From an uncultured delta proteobacterium (GTDB lineage Bacteria > Myxococcota_A > Polyangia > Polyangiales > JAFGIB01): a stretch of DNA of 64,000 bases. Positions within the stretch are counted from its first letter, which is position 1. The number at the start of each line of letters is the position of its first letter. Below are positions 9,914-21,135 of this stretch, one piece after another. Below the pieces are notes generated by a model. The model did not search any database. It saw only the letters and a list, made by a program, of their open reading frames with translations, and was not told where the DNA came from. Location: assembly GCA_963778655.1 (NCBI GenBank), contig CAVZVA010000003.1:128001-192000 (forward strand), read 5' to 3'. Made by a program: the position numbers and the translations under genes.

Positions 9914-10615
9914 ATGGCCAAACCCGAACGCCGCAGTATGCTCCCGCGCGCCCGGCGTGCCGCCATCGGCGGCGCGCTGGTGCTGGCCGCCGCCGCGACT
10001 GGCATCGGCTGGCAGCTGTCGAACGCGCGCGCGACGCCGCCGGAGAGAGCGCCGAGCCCAGCGGCGGCGGCGAGCACGCCGGTGGCGGCGAGCACGCCGG
10101 GCGCGGCCGCGCCCGCACCGGCCGGCAGCCCGACCGCTGCGCCGGACGGTGGCAGCGCGGCGAACTCCACGACCGCGCGGATCGAGTTCTCGACCGTGCC
10201 GGGCGCGTACGCCAGCGTGACCTGGGGTAGCAAGCTGCTCGGGCGCATCGCCCCGCACCGACCGCTGGTGGTGGTACGTCCTCGCGACAGCGGTCCGCTC
10301 GACGTGATCGTGCGCGCGCATGGTTTCTTGCCGGTCCACACGCGCGCTCACACCTTCGCGGACTCCAAGGTCGAGGTGAAGCTGACGCGCCCCGAGGACA
10401 AGAATACCCTGTTCGGGTATCGCGAGCCGCTCGACGCCGGCGTGCCCGACGCGGGCGCCCTGGCGCTGCCCCCTGGCATGACCGGGCAGCCCTTCCCGCA
10501 AGCAGGCCAGAACCAACAGCCGCCGCCCGCGCTGCAGCCGCAACCGCCGCCCGCGCTGCAGCCGCAACCGCCGCCCGCGCTGCAGCCGCAACCACCGCCC
10601 GCGCTGCAACGCTAG
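9914..10615 (+). CDS. Hypothetical membrane-anchored protein with Pro/Gln-rich repeat tail
   Basis: ATG 5 bp after the upstream stop with GAGGAG RBS; N-terminal TM; PEGA-like middle. Confidence 0.7.
   Translation: MAKPERRSMLPRARRAAIGGALVLAAAATGIGWQLSNARATPPERAPSPAAAASTPVAASTPGAAAPAPAGSPTAAPDGGSAANSTTARIEFSTVPGAYASVTWGSKLLGRIAPHRPLVVVRPRDSGPLDVIVRAHGFLPVHTRAHTFADSKVEVKLTRPEDKNTLFGYREPLDAGVPDAGALALPPGMTGQPFPQAGQNQQPPPALQPQPPPALQPQPPPALQPQPPPALQR
10520..10609 (+). repeat. 24-bp coding tandem repeat, about 3.7 copies (PPPALQPQ)
   Basis: Unit ccgccgcccgcgctgcagccgcaa repeated almost perfectly. Confidence 0.9.
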
Positions 10616-10623
10616 CGCGCGCG

Positions 10624-10645
10624 GCTTCGCGAAACCTCGCGAAGC
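10624..10645 (+). terminator. Stem-loop after gene stop (possible terminator or pause)
   Basis: gcttcgcga-aacc-tcgcgaagc, perfect 9-bp stem; no U-tract. Confidence 0.4.
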
Positions 10646-10698
10646 GCCTCACGGTCAAGTAGAGATACTCGGACCCAGCGCGACCGGAGGCGTCGTCC

Positions 10699-11688
10699 AT
10701 GCCGCAAATCGAGGTCGAGGGGCTACAGAAGGTATTCCACGTGGCCGAGCGCGAGCCCGGCACGTTCGGGGCACTGCGCGGCCTGCTGCGACGCCGCGAG
10801 CGCGAGGTACGCGCGCTCGATGCGCTCTCGTTCGCGGTCGAGCAGGGAGAGCTGCTCGGCTGTATCGGGCCCAACGGCGCGGGCAAGTCGACCACGATCA
10901 AGATCCTCTCCGGCATCCTGGTGCCCAGCGCGGGGCGTTGCGTGGTCGACGGCGTCGTGCCGTGGCGGGACCGCATGCGGCACGTCGCCAACATCGGCGT
11001 GGTGTTCGGGCAGCGCACGCAGCTGTTCTGGGACCTGCCCGTGATCGAGTCCTTCGAGCTGCTGCGCGACATCTATCGCGTGCCGGCCGCCGACTATCGG
11101 AGGACGCTGGACGAGATCGTCGGGCTGCTCGAGCTGTCGTCGCTGCTCGACACGCCCACGCGCCAGCTCAGCCTGGGGCAGCGCATGCGTTGCGACCTCG
11201 GCGCGGCCCTGCTGCACCGGCCGCGCCTGCTGCTCCTGGACGAGCCCACGATCGGGCTCGACGCCGTGTCCAAGCTGGCGGTGCGACGCTTCATCGCCGA
11301 GCTCAACCGCGCCCGCGGCGTGACCGTGCTGCTGACCACGCACGACCTCGACGACATCGAGACGCTATGCCGGCGCGTGATGGTGATCGCACAAGGAAGG
11401 CTGGTGGTGGACAGCACGCTGCAGGCGCTGCGACGGCGCCACGGCAACACGCGCCGCCTGCACGTGCACCTGGCGCGGCCCTGCGCGGTGCACGAGCTCG
11501 ACCGGCCGCATCTGCTCGAGCACACCGCCGACTCGATCGTGCTGCAGTTCGATCCGGAGCTGATCGCCTCCCCGGCGCTGATCGGGTCGGTGACCCAGCG
11601 CTACCCGGTGCGCGACCTGCTGGTGGAGACGCCGAAGATCGAGGAGCTGGTGGCGCGGCTGTACCGCGAGGAAGGCGGGCCGCGATGA
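10699..11688 (+). CDS. ABC-2 type transporter ATP-binding protein
   Basis: Walker A GPNGAGKST, signature LSLGQ, Walker B LLLLDEP, TTH switch. Confidence 0.93.
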   Translation: MPQIEVEGLQKVFHVAEREPGTFGALRGLLRRREREVRALDALSFAVEQGELLGCIGPNGAGKSTTIKILSGILVPSAGRCVVDGVVPWRDRMRHVANIGVVFGQRTQLFWDLPVIESFELLRDIYRVPAADYRRTLDEIVGLLELSSLLDTPTRQLSLGQRMRCDLGAALLHRPRLLLLDEPTIGLDAVSKLAVRRFIAELNRARGVTVLLTTHDLDDIETLCRRVMVIAQGRLVVDSTLQALRRRHGNTRRLHVHLARPCAVHELDRPHLLEHTADSIVLQFDPELIASPALIGSVTQRYPVRDLLVETPKIEELVARLYREEGGPR

Positions 11689-11999
11689 GCGCGCTGCCGC
11701 CTTCACTGGTCAACGTCCCCAACCGCGACTACTGGCTGGTGCCCGAGCGCATGGCCGAGGTGCAGCGCAAGCTGCAGCGCTTCGGCGACTGGCTCGCGGT
11801 TGGGCTGACCGCGTTCCTGGTGGCGACGCTCGAGCCGGTGCTGAGGGCCAACCTGACGCGCACGCCGCTCGCAGGCGGTGTGCTGACGGTCATGCTGGTT
11901 CTGCTCGTCGCCGGCCAGGGGCTGTCGATCGCGCTGCTGATCCGCTCGTTCGCGCGCCCCAGACCGGGCGAGCCCGGCAGCCGTAGAGGGCCAAGCTGA
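11685..11999 (+). CDS. Small 2-TM membrane protein (possibly a fragment)
   Basis: ATGA overlap with the ABC gene; [18 protein letters not shown] motif followed by two hydrophobic helices. Confidence 0.55.
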   Translation: MSALPPSLVNVPNRDYWLVPERMAEVQRKLQRFGDWLAVGLTAFLVATLEPVLRANLTRTPLAGGVLTVMLVLLVAGQGLSIALLIRSFARPRPGEPGSRRGPS

Positions 12000-12057
12000 T
12001 CGGCGGCTCGCACGGCTGAGCCGAATCGATCGCTCTTGTTCGGAGCCACGGCGGTGT

Positions 12058-14145
12058 ATGGTTCGGGCCGCGATGCGCGCGCCGTTCGCCGCCTTTGCGT
12101 TGGGCTTTGCGCTGGCCGAGGCCTGTGTCACGGCCGCCGCCGCCGCCGCCGCCGGCCGCGCGCTCGGGCCCTGTGCGCTGGCCGCGCTTGCGGCCCTCGC
12201 CACCTTGCTGCTATGCGCGGGCGGCGCGGCCTGGCTGCTCGACCTCTTGCTGCGCAGCGCCGGCGCGCGCTCGCTCGCGCGCGGATTGCACGAGGCGCTG
12301 GCGAGCTCCGGCAGCGTGTCGCTGGCGTGGGTGTGCGGCGGCGCGGGGCTCGGCCTCTCGGCAGCAGGGGTGCTGCTGCTGGCGCCGGCGTGGATGCCGC
12401 ACCTGTCGGAGCGCTTCGGGCTCGCCGCCACGGTGGGTGCCACGCTGGTGTTCGCGTTGAGCGCGCTGCCGGCGGCCGCGGGGTTGGGGCATCGGCTCGG
12501 GCGCCGGCTGCGGCCCACAACCCCGCTGCAGCATGCGCTCGATCGCTGCCTCGCGCCTTGTCTACTCGGGGCCGCGCTCACGCTCGGCGCCTGCGTGTGG
12601 GCGGCGCAGGCGCGTTACGCCGCCGCGCCGGCGGGCGGCTGCGCCGCGCTCGCGCTCAGCCTATGGGGTCCATGGCGCGCGTGGCAGCGCGCCCGCCTGC
12701 CGGCGGCGCTGCTGCTCGCCAGCGCGGCGGCGGTCGCGGGCGTCGACGCGCTGCCGCCGGCCGCCGCCGACGTGCTCGCTTACCGTACGCCCTACGCGTC
12801 GCTCGCGCTCGGGCTGGGCTCGCGGCTTTGGGACGCGGACGGCGACGGCGCGGGCGTGATCCTGCTCGGACGCGATTGCAACGACCACGACCCCAATGTG
12901 CACCCGGGCGCGCTCGACGTGCCGGGCAACGGCATCGACGAGAACTGCAATGGCAGCGACGCGGTGACGTTCGTGCCACCCAGGCGTCCCAAGAGCCCGC
13001 GCGTGGCCGAGCCACACGACCTGGTGGTGCTGTTCGTCGATGCGCTGCGGCCCGACCATCTCTCGCTCGCGGGGTACAAGCGCAAGACCTCGCCCGTGCT
13101 CGACGCGTTTGCCCGCGAAGCCACCTGGTTTCGCCGCGCGTACACCACCGCGCCCAGCACCCGCTTCGCGATGGCCTCCCTGTTCACCGGCCGCGACGTG
13201 CGGCGCCTGCGCTATCACAGCAAGGGCGGCAACGATTTCACGCTCGATGGACACGCGCCGACCGTGGCCCGCAGGCTCGCACGCGCCGGCTACCGCACGG
13301 TCGGCCTGACCGTGTCGTACGTGCTGGAGCACAACCGCGGCACCGGCCAGGGCTTCCAGGTCTGGCGCACCCCGTGGCCGACGCGGCGCTGGAAGGCGGC
13401 GCAGGGTCGCGAGGCCACGCTCACCACCAAGGCGGCCCTCTCCGAGCTCAGCCGGACGCCGGTGGACAAGCCGCTATTTCTGTTCGCGCACTACTACTGC
13501 ACGCACGATCCTTACCACAAGTATCTGCACCACGACTTCGGCGACGCGGCGATCGACCTCTACGACAGCGGGATCGCCGAGTGCGATGCGCAGATCGGGC
13601 GCGTGCTCGCGGCGCTGCGCGCGCGGCCGCGCTGGGACCGCACCGCGGTCTTCGTGGTCTCCGACCACGGGGAGCTGTTCGGCGAGCATGGCCTGAGCAA
13701 CCACGGCAACTCCCTGTACGAAAGCGACGTACGCACGCTGCTGCTGGCGCGGGTGCCGGGAGCGCGCGCGCGGGTGATCGACGCGCCGGTGCAGCTCGAC
13801 TGGGTCGCGCCCACGCTGCTCGAGCTGGCCACTTTGCGTCCCGACCGCGGGCAGGACGCCTGGAGCTTGCTTCCGGCGTTGCTACAGGACGGCAAGCCCG
13901 CGACCCGCCCGCTGTTCATGCTCACCGAGCTCGAACGCGGGAGCGTGCACTACCACGCCAGCGCCGTGCTCGACTGGCCGTACAAGCTGATCCGCGACGA
14001 CCGCACGCAGTCGCTCGAGCTCTACGACGTGGCCCGCGATCCGAGCGAGCGCCGCTCGTTGATCTACCGGAAGCCGGCGCTGCGCGGCCGCCTGGCCGAG
14101 CTGCTCGAAGCCTACGAGTCCTGGGTACGGACGGCGCGGCGCTGA
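12058..14145 (+). CDS. Membrane-anchored sulfatase/LTA-synthase-like hydrolase with Cys-Asp metal-binding repeat
   Basis: Multi-TM N-terminus; [50 protein letters not shown]...HG. Confidence 0.8.
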   Translation: MVRAAMRAPFAAFALGFALAEACVTAAAAAAAGRALGPCALAALAALATLLLCAGGAAWLLDLLLRSAGARSLARGLHEALASSGSVSLAWVCGGAGLGLSAAGVLLLAPAWMPHLSERFGLAATVGATLVFALSALPAAAGLGHRLGRRLRPTTPLQHALDRCLAPCLLGAALTLGACVWAAQARYAAAPAGGCAALALSLWGPWRAWQRARLPAALLLASAAAVAGVDALPPAAADVLAYRTPYASLALGLGSRLWDADGDGAGVILLGRDCNDHDPNVHPGALDVPGNGIDENCNGSDAVTFVPPRRPKSPRVAEPHDLVVLFVDALRPDHLSLAGYKRKTSPVLDAFAREATWFRRAYTTAPSTRFAMASLFTGRDVRRLRYHSKGGNDFTLDGHAPTVARRLARAGYRTVGLTVSYVLEHNRGTGQGFQVWRTPWPTRRWKAAQGREATLTTKAALSELSRTPVDKPLFLFAHYYCTHDPYHKYLHHDFGDAAIDLYDSGIAECDAQIGRVLAALRARPRWDRTAVFVVSDHGELFGEHGLSNHGNSLYESDVRTLLLARVPGARARVIDAPVQLDWVAPTLLELATLRPDRGQDAWSLLPALLQDGKPATRPLFMLTELERGSVHYHASAVLDWPYKLIRDDRTQSLELYDVARDPSERRSLIYRKPALRGRLAELLEAYESWVRTARR

Positions 14146-14163
14146 AGCGCGGGGCGTGCACCG

Positions 14164-15240
<1,077 letters not shown>

Positions 15241-15432
15241 GGCCGTGCCGCTGCCCGAGTATGTCACGAGGGACCCGGGCGGGCGAGTTCGGGCGGCGCC
15301 GACTGGTCAGAAGGCCGGGCAACACCAGCCGCGAAGGCGCGGGGGAGCGCGCTTCCGCTGCCCGGAGCCTGTGACCTCGATCGCAGAGCGGGTCCTGGGG
15401 TTGGATACGCAAGCGGCGCACCCTAGCCCAAT

Positions 15433-16293
15433 TCAGCTCGCCACGGGCCGCCGCGCGCGCGGGAACAACGACGGCAGCGCGAGCTTGCGAGTGGCCTTGT
15501 CCCGGTACAGCTCGTCATCGGCGGCGGCCAGCAGCGCCGGCCCGCTCATGCACGGCCGGCGCGTCACGGCAACGCCCACGCTCACCCCCAGGCTGAGCCC
15601 TCTGCCGGGGACCCGCGCCAGCCTGGCGCGGATGCGATCGCCGATCGCGCGTGCCTCCTCGGCTCCAGTCTCGGGCAACATGAGCGCGAATTCGTCGCCA
15701 CCGATCCGCGCCACCAGGTCCACCTCGCGCGTTATCTCCCGCGCCGCGCGCGCGACGAGCCGAAGCGCCTGATCGCCTGCCGCGTGGCTGAGCGTGTCGT
15801 TGATCGCCTTGAAGTCGTCGATATCGAGCATCAGGACCGCGAGCGGCTTGCCCGAGCGCTGGCTCCTGGACAGCTCTCGGCGCAACGCTTCGCCAAAGGC
15901 CCGGCGGTTCGCGACGCCGGTCAGCGAATCGGTGGTCGCCAGCCGCTTCATTCGCTGCAGCTCGTCCGTGCGCGTCAGCAGTGTCGCGATGTGCGGCTCC
16001 AGCTGCGAGCGTTCGGAGCCGAGCAGCGCGCGCAGGTGGGAGGCACAGCGCTGAGCATCCTCGGGCTCGGTAGCGTGAATCAGCGCCAGCAGCGCGCCAA
16101 GATCGGTCGCGTCGAGCGTGAACGCCGGCTCCCCGGCTGCGCGTTGCGCCCCGATGTCAGGCTTGAGCGACCGGCGGCCAGCGGAGTGGGTAGAAAGCCT
16201 ACCTGCAAGCTCACGCGTGCAGGATTTTCGCGGCTGGCGCAGGAGCTGCGTCGACGCGGTGGTTGGGTCGAGGAATGTGGCTGCGCTGCGGAC
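15433..16293 (-). CDS. GGDEF diguanylate cyclase
   Basis: DSLTGVANRR, DIDDFKAIND, REVD I-site, GGDEF. Start uncertain. Confidence 0.85.
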   Translation of the reverse strand, partial: VRSAATFLDPTTASTQLLRQPRKSCTRELAGRLSTHSAGRRSLKPDIGAQRAAGEPAFTLDATDLGALLALIHATEPEDAQRCASHLRALLGSERSQLEPHIATLLTRTDELQRMKRLATTDSLTGVANRRAFGEALRRELSRSQRSGKPLAVLMLDIDDFKAINDTLSHAAGDQALRLVARAAREITREVDLVARIGGDEFALMLPETGAEEARAIGDRIRARLARVPGRGLSLGVSVGVAVTRRPCMSGPALLAAADDELYRDKATRKLALPSLFPRARRPVAS

Positions 16294-16398
16294 CATCTGG
16301 GCCCTCAACCAAGGATCAGAGCAAGAATCGGACCGTGCTCACGGCGCAGCGATCGAGCTTGATCAGCCGCAAGGAAACCAAGAGCAAACTAGTCGGCA

Positions 16399-16432
16399 TC
16401 GGTCGGAAATCCGGAACGGATTTGCGAACCGA
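16399..16432. terminator. Imperfect hairpin downstream of the TonB operon
   Basis: tcggt..aaatccg-gaa-cggattt..accga, about 20 bp past the stop at 16454. Confidence 0.4.
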
Positions 16433-16453
16433 GGTACTAGTTTCTAGTGAGCC

Positions 16454-17515
16454 CTATTGCACATCGAGCCGGTAGGCGCTCCAACCCACGCCGCCACGGT
16501 CGTCTCGGATCACCACCCACAGCCGCACCTCGCCCTTGTGCTTGGGCGCGGTCCAGGTGTTGTCGCTGAAGCTGGTCTTGGCTTCGCTCTCGGCGCGTCC
16601 GGTGCGGTCGTGGTCGAAGTCGCCGTCGGTCGCGAACCACGAGACGCGGATCGCCTCGCGGCGGTGAACCAGCGCGTGCTTGATCGGATCGAGCTCCAGG
16701 TACGGCTCCGATCCGGTGCAGCCCCTGGGGCTAGAGCCGGAGCAGTCGTCACAGCTCTTGTCCTCACCGGGGCTGCAGATGCCGTCTCCGCACTCGGCCG
16801 TGGCCGGGCACGCGATCCAGCTCGCGCGCAGGGTCAGCGCCTTGCCCGCCGACACCGCTAGCGGATCGCCGTCTCCGTCGCCGGGGACGGTCTGATCGGG
16901 CTTGCCGCGCAGCACCAGGGAATCGAGCGCGGGGTTTTCGTTGGGCTGGTGCTGGCTCTGGTACTCGCTGGATTGCTCTTGCGTCGCGTTGGCGAGATTG
17001 CAGTTGAGGCGCGTCACCCCAACCGCGTACTGGTCATGGCCCTCGATCCTGGCGAGCACCCGCACCGGCTGATAGTAGCCGCCGGTGGTGTCCGGATCGG
17101 CGGGACGCGTTGCCGGCTCGCCCATCTTGGGAGCCGGTGGATTGGGTCCGAACACGCGGCACACGTCCGCCGGCAGCTTGCCCTTGGGCTGCGCGCCGCC
17201 TTCGATCGGCGTCAAGGAGTCCGCGCTCTTGGTCAGGCAGCCAATCGCGATCGGTCCGGTGACCGCCAGCGGCTTGCGCTCGTTGCACAGCGCCCAGTCG
17301 AGCCCCGCCGGGTCGACCGGCCCGTCGAGCCCCACGTACAGCGCCTCGTATTGCACGCTGGCGCCGGCCTTGGTCTCGGCGGGAACGGAGCGCACGGCGA
17401 GCACGCGGTCGCCATCGACCAGCGAAGGGCGGCCTTCGAGCTTGGGCTTGCAACCGGCACACAGCAGCAGCGCCCAGAGCGCGCACAGGGCATAGCCGAT
17501 GCCGCGGCTCACCAT
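16454..17515 (-). CDS. Lipoprotein partner of the TonB-dependent receptor
   Basis: Lipobox CAGC; start overlaps the receptor stop; C-terminal WTAP...LWVVIRDDRGGVGW. Confidence 0.75.
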   Translation of the reverse strand: MVSRGIGYALCALWALLLCAGCKPKLEGRPSLVDGDRVLAVRSVPAETKAGASVQYEALYVGLDGPVDPAGLDWALCNERKPLAVTGPIAIGCLTKSADSLTPIEGGAQPKGKLPADVCRVFGPNPPAPKMGEPATRPADPDTTGGYYQPVRVLARIEGHDQYAVGVTRLNCNLANATQEQSSEYQSQHQPNENPALDSLVLRGKPDQTVPGDGDGDPLAVSAGKALTLRASWIACPATAECGDGICSPGEDKSCDDCSGSSPRGCTGSEPYLELDPIKHALVHRREAIRVSWFATDGDFDHDRTGRAESEAKTSFSDNTWTAPKHKGEVRLWVVIRDDRGGVGWSAYRLDVQ

Positions 17516-19995
17516 GTCAGCTTGGCTCCCAGCACGGGCAGGATCGGCAGGCCGGTGATGTACGATTTCTTCGAGTAGTCGAAGTTGTACACGATCTCCT
17601 CCGGGTTGGGATGATCGGTCATGTTCTGCACGTCGAGGTAGAGCTCGAGGCCGGCGTCCTTGCCGAAGCGAAAGCGCTTGGAGAGGCGGGCATCGAGCTC
17701 GTAGAAGGCCGGGATGCGCAGTGAATTGTGCGCGCCGAACACCGGCTCGAAGGAGTCGGTGCGCGCGTCGTAGAGCGCTTGCAGCACGGGCGTACGCGGG
17801 TAGCCCGTGGAGTAGCGGAAGCGCACGCCGACCTCGAAGCCCAAGCCGAGGTCGTAAGACGCCAGCGCGGTGAACACGTGCGTCTGATCGAAGTCGAAGG
17901 GCCGGTAGCTGCGGCTGCCACCGTCTGTGCGCTGGCTGCGCACCAGGCTGTAGCTGAGCCAACCGAAGAAGCGGTCGGTCAGCTCGTGGCGCAACAGAAA
18001 CTGTACGCCGTAGGCGCGCCCGCGCCCGTCCTGGATCAAAGCCTGGGCCACGACCGGCGTGGGCAGCGGGCTGCGGGTTACGAGGTCCCGCTGCTGCGAC
18101 AGGAAGCTCGTCACCTCGAGCGAAATCGCCTGGGTGAAGCGCAGGTTCGCGCCCACCAGATACTGCAGCGCCTTGCCGGGTCCCAGCGTCGGATTGCCGA
18201 ACACCGCGCTCAGGTCCTCGGCCAGCGGCGGCTGATGGTAGATGCCCACCGCGCCGCGAATGCCGATCGCATCGGTGATGGCCCAGCGCGCGGCGAAGCG
18301 CGGCTCGACGTAGGTGTCCTCGCGCTCGGTTCCGGCTGAGGGGACGTCGGCCTTGGTCACGGTCTTCTTGCTCGCCCGCACCACCGAGGGCTCGATGCGC
18401 ACGCCCGGGATCAGATGCACGCTGCCCTTGGCCAGCGCGATGTCCGCCTGCCCAAAGGGCGCGACGCCGGCGACGGTCGTGCTCCAGTGGTCGGCGTTGA
18501 CCTGATCGCTCGGAGCCTGCCCGAACACCAGGATATCGCCCTCCCGCGGAGGCGAGGTGACGGCGCCCGAGCGACTCAGCGTGGCGGTGGTCACCTCGGC
18601 GTCGATGCCGGCCTGCACGCCGATCCAATCGCTGGGATGGCCGTCCCAGGCGGTGCGCAGCCCGAACACGCGGGCGTCGTCGCGCAGCTCGGCCGGAACC
18701 GCCCCGAACACACTGGCCAGCTTGGAATGGTCCAGGCCGAAGAACGGCGTCGCGGTCACCATGCTGCCGTCGTCGAGCCGGCGCTGGTAGCGCAGGTAGA
18801 CGCGCTCGAAGCCGGTCGACTTGCTGTCGCTCTTGGTGTCGGCCGGGTCGGCCTGCACCACCGTGCGGCTGATGTGATCGGAGGAGAGCAGCCCGCCGAG
18901 CTCGACCTTCTCGCCTTCGCGCGGCGTCCACGCGGCGCGCAACTGACTGTCCCAGTAGCGGGGGATCGGCACGATCGCGCCGACGTCGCGCGAGGTCGCG
19001 CGCGCCAGCACCCAGTCGAGGTTGCTGCGGCGCAGCGCGCCGGCGAAGTGAAAGTCCTTGCCGATCGGACCGCGCACGCTGGCGGCCGCGTCGATCGCGT
19101 CGGCCGAGAGGCTGCCGTGATAGCTGTCGTCCTCGAGCGGCTTGAGGCCGACGGTCACCAGACCGCCCAGACCGCGGCCGTGCGGCGCGCCGTAGCCGCC
19201 CGGCTCGAGCTCCACGCTCTGCACCAGGTCCGAGTGGATCACCGAGCGGAAGCCGCCCTCGTGATACAGCAGCGGGATGTGCACGTCGTCGACGTAGACG
19301 CGCGTGTCGGCCGTGCCCGAGCCCCACACCACCAGCGCGCTCGACCCCACGCTCGAGCGCGCCACGCCCGGCAGGTTCTCGACCACCTTGATCACGTCGC
19401 CGCCCGTGCCCGCCACGCGCGCGCCTTGCTCGGCGCTGACCGAGGTCGCGGCCACCGACTTGCGCAGGCCGCCCGTGTCCACGATCACAACCTCGAAGTC
19501 GACCTGATCGCCCTCGTCCGCCTGCTCGGGTTGCGGCTCGACCTCGTAGGCGGCGTCGTACTTCTGGCCCGCGGTCAGCGTCTCCTGGGTGCCGGTGGGC
19601 GCGAACCCGCTGCCCGACAGCATCACGCTGTGCGTGCCGGGGGCGACGTCGGCGAAGTGAAAGCGGCCTTGCGCGTCGGTGGTGGTCGCGGCGTCGGCGA
19701 GCTCGACGGTGACGTCCGGCAGCGGCTTGCCGGTGCTGTGGTCGAGCACCACGCCGTCGAAGATCGCAGTGCTCGCGGGCGCGGGCGCGGGCGCGGGCGC
19801 GGAGGCGGGCGCGGGCGCGGCTGTGGCCGGGGCGGCGGGCTGCGTGGCCGAGGACACCGCTTCGGGCGCGGGCGTGGCCGTCGCGCTGGCGGGGGCCGCC
19901 CCCGGCGCGACGGGCGCAGCTTGCCCCGCCGACGTCGCTGCCCAGCTCGTCAGCGCTGCCGCCGACAAGGCGGCGATGCGACCGCGTAAGCTCAT
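17509..19995 (-). CDS. TonB-dependent outer-membrane receptor with N-terminal carboxypeptidase-regulatory-like domain
   Basis: Signal peptide; GVVLD..TGKPLPDVTV; plug motif VENLPGVAR...PGGYGAPHGRGLGG; beta-barrel ending in aromatic W. Confidence 0.9.
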   Translation of the reverse strand: MSLRGRIAALSAAALTSWAATSAGQAAPVAPGAAPASATATPAPEAVSSATQPAAPATAAPAPASAPAPAPAPASTAIFDGVVLDHSTGKPLPDVTVELADAATTTDAQGRFHFADVAPGTHSVMLSGSGFAPTGTQETLTAGQKYDAAYEVEPQPEQADEGDQVDFEVVIVDTGGLRKSVAATSVSAEQGARVAGTGGDVIKVVENLPGVARSSVGSSALVVWGSGTADTRVYVDDVHIPLLYHEGGFRSVIHSDLVQSVELEPGGYGAPHGRGLGGLVTVGLKPLEDDSYHGSLSADAIDAAASVRGPIGKDFHFAGALRRSNLDWVLARATSRDVGAIVPIPRYWDSQLRAAWTPREGEKVELGGLLSSDHISRTVVQADPADTKSDSKSTGFERVYLRYQRRLDDGSMVTATPFFGLDHSKLASVFGAVPAELRDDARVFGLRTAWDGHPSDWIGVQAGIDAEVTTATLSRSGAVTSPPREGDILVFGQAPSDQVNADHWSTTVAGVAPFGQADIALAKGSVHLIPGVRIEPSVVRASKKTVTKADVPSAGTEREDTYVEPRFAARWAITDAIGIRGAVGIYHQPPLAEDLSAVFGNPTLGPGKALQYLVGANLRFTQAISLEVTSFLSQQRDLVTRSPLPTPVVAQALIQDGRGRAYGVQFLLRHELTDRFFGWLSYSLVRSQRTDGGSRSYRPFDFDQTHVFTALASYDLGLGFEVGVRFRYSTGYPRTPVLQALYDARTDSFEPVFGAHNSLRIPAFYELDARLSKRFRFGKDAGLELYLDVQNMTDHPNPEEIVYNFDYSKKSYITGLPILPVLGAKLTW

Positions 19996-20687
19996 GTGCC
20001 GAGAACGAAACGCATCGCGATCACGAAGGGTGCGGCCACCGGCCGGTTGCAGCGTGTCGCGGGCGCAAAGCGCAGGCGCCGCGCCGCCTCGAGCGCGGCT
20101 TCATCCAGACCATAGCCGAGCCCGGCTAGCACGTGCGCATCTGTCACGTCGCCCTGGTCGTTGACCGCGAGCTGGATGCGAATGCGCCCTTGCACGTGGG
20201 CCTGCCGGGCTTCGTCGGTATATGAAGGTCGCACCACGCCGAGCGGCCGCGCCTTGTGCAGCATGTCGTCGGGACACTCCGGCTCGGGCCGCCGCGCGAC
20301 CAGGAGCTTGGGCTTGGGTGGAGCCACGGGTGGAGGTGGTGGCGGTGGCGGTGGCGCGATGCGCACGGCCAGGCCGCCGGTGGCGTTCGCGTCGAGCGCC
20401 AGCCCGATGTTGTCGAGCGCAGCCGGATTGTCCGCCGAGCTCGGCGCCGGCGCGGGCTCGGAATGCGCGATGTGGCGGTGGTGGTGCGCGGGCGGCTCCG
20501 CGGGGTGGGGCTTGGGCTTGGGCGGCTCGACCTTCTTCTCGTCCTTCGGCGGTGGCTCGTTGAGCGCGATCGCCACCACCTCGCGCAGCTTGTGCTGCGG
20601 GATCAGCGCGATCGCCGAGCCCGCAGCCAGGTGCGCCGCGAGGCTGACCACGTATACCGGGGAGAGCTTCTTCTTGCGTCGCGCCAT
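19992..20687 (-). CDS. tonB: TonB energy transducer
   Basis: N-terminal TM with S-x3-H, Pro-rich linker, PSYTDEAR...GLDEAALEAARRLRFAPA. Confidence 0.9.
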   Translation of the reverse strand: MARRKKKLSPVYVVSLAAHLAAGSAIALIPQHKLREVVAIALNEPPPKDEKKVEPPKPKPHPAEPPAHHHRHIAHSEPAPAPSSADNPAALDNIGLALDANATGGLAVRIAPPPPPPPPPVAPPKPKLLVARRPEPECPDDMLHKARPLGVVRPSYTDEARQAHVQGRIRIQLAVNDQGDVTDAHVLAGLGYGLDEAALEAARRLRFAPATRCNRPVAAPFVIAMRFVLGT

Positions 20688-20697
20688 GGTGCTACCT

Positions 20698-21114
20698 CTA
20701 TCTCGAACGGTCCACCGTGATGGCGAACTTGGTGATGCCCTCGACCTTGGCCAGGTCGATCACGTGCACGACGTCGCCGTGCAACGCCTCGCGGTCCGCG
20801 GTGAGCACCAGGCTGGCGTCTTTGTCCTTGGTCTTGGCCTTGCGGAACTGCGCGCGCAGCGCCGCTTCCTCGATCGGCTTCTGGTTGAAGAGGTAGCTGC
20901 CGTCCTTGCCGATGGTGACGACCAGCGGCGAGCTCGCCGCCTGGTCGGAAGTCGCCGTCTTGGGCAGCTCCACCTTCAGGCTCTGGCTGACGATGTAGAT
21001 GGCCGAGACCATCATGATGACCAGGAGCACGAGCACGACGTCGACCATCGGCGTCACGTTGATGCCGACAATCGCGCCCCTGCGCCCTCCGCGGCCGGTG
21101 AGTGCTGCTGCCAT
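20698..21114 (-). CDS. exbD: Biopolymer transport protein ExbD
   Basis: INVTPMVDVVLVLLVIMMV, ADREALHGDVVHVID. Confidence 0.93.
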   Translation of the reverse strand: MAAALTGRGGRRGAIVGINVTPMVDVVLVLLVIMMVSAIYIVSQSLKVELPKTATSDQAASSPLVVTIGKDGSYLFNQKPIEEAALRAQFRKAKTKDKDASLVLTADREALHGDVVHVIDLAKVEGITKFAITVDRSR

Positions 21115-21135
21115 GACGCAATCCCTCCCCTGGCC

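Noticed and set aside
10520..10609. Repeat array as possible CRISPR
   Set aside because: No spacers, in-frame coding repeat, no cas genes.
8325..11072. 915-aa minus-strand ORF and many similar long overlapping ORFs (e.g. 31599-34022, 39191-41245, 52209-54509)
   Set aside because: Arg/Ala/Pro-rich shadow frames of well-supported genes, expected in high-GC DNA; no motifs.
12058..14145. Sulfatase as substrate of the radical SAM (anaerobic sulfatase maturase)
   Set aside because: It lacks the C/S-x-P-x-R formylglycine motif (has T-R-F-A-M) and lies 8 kb away in another unit.
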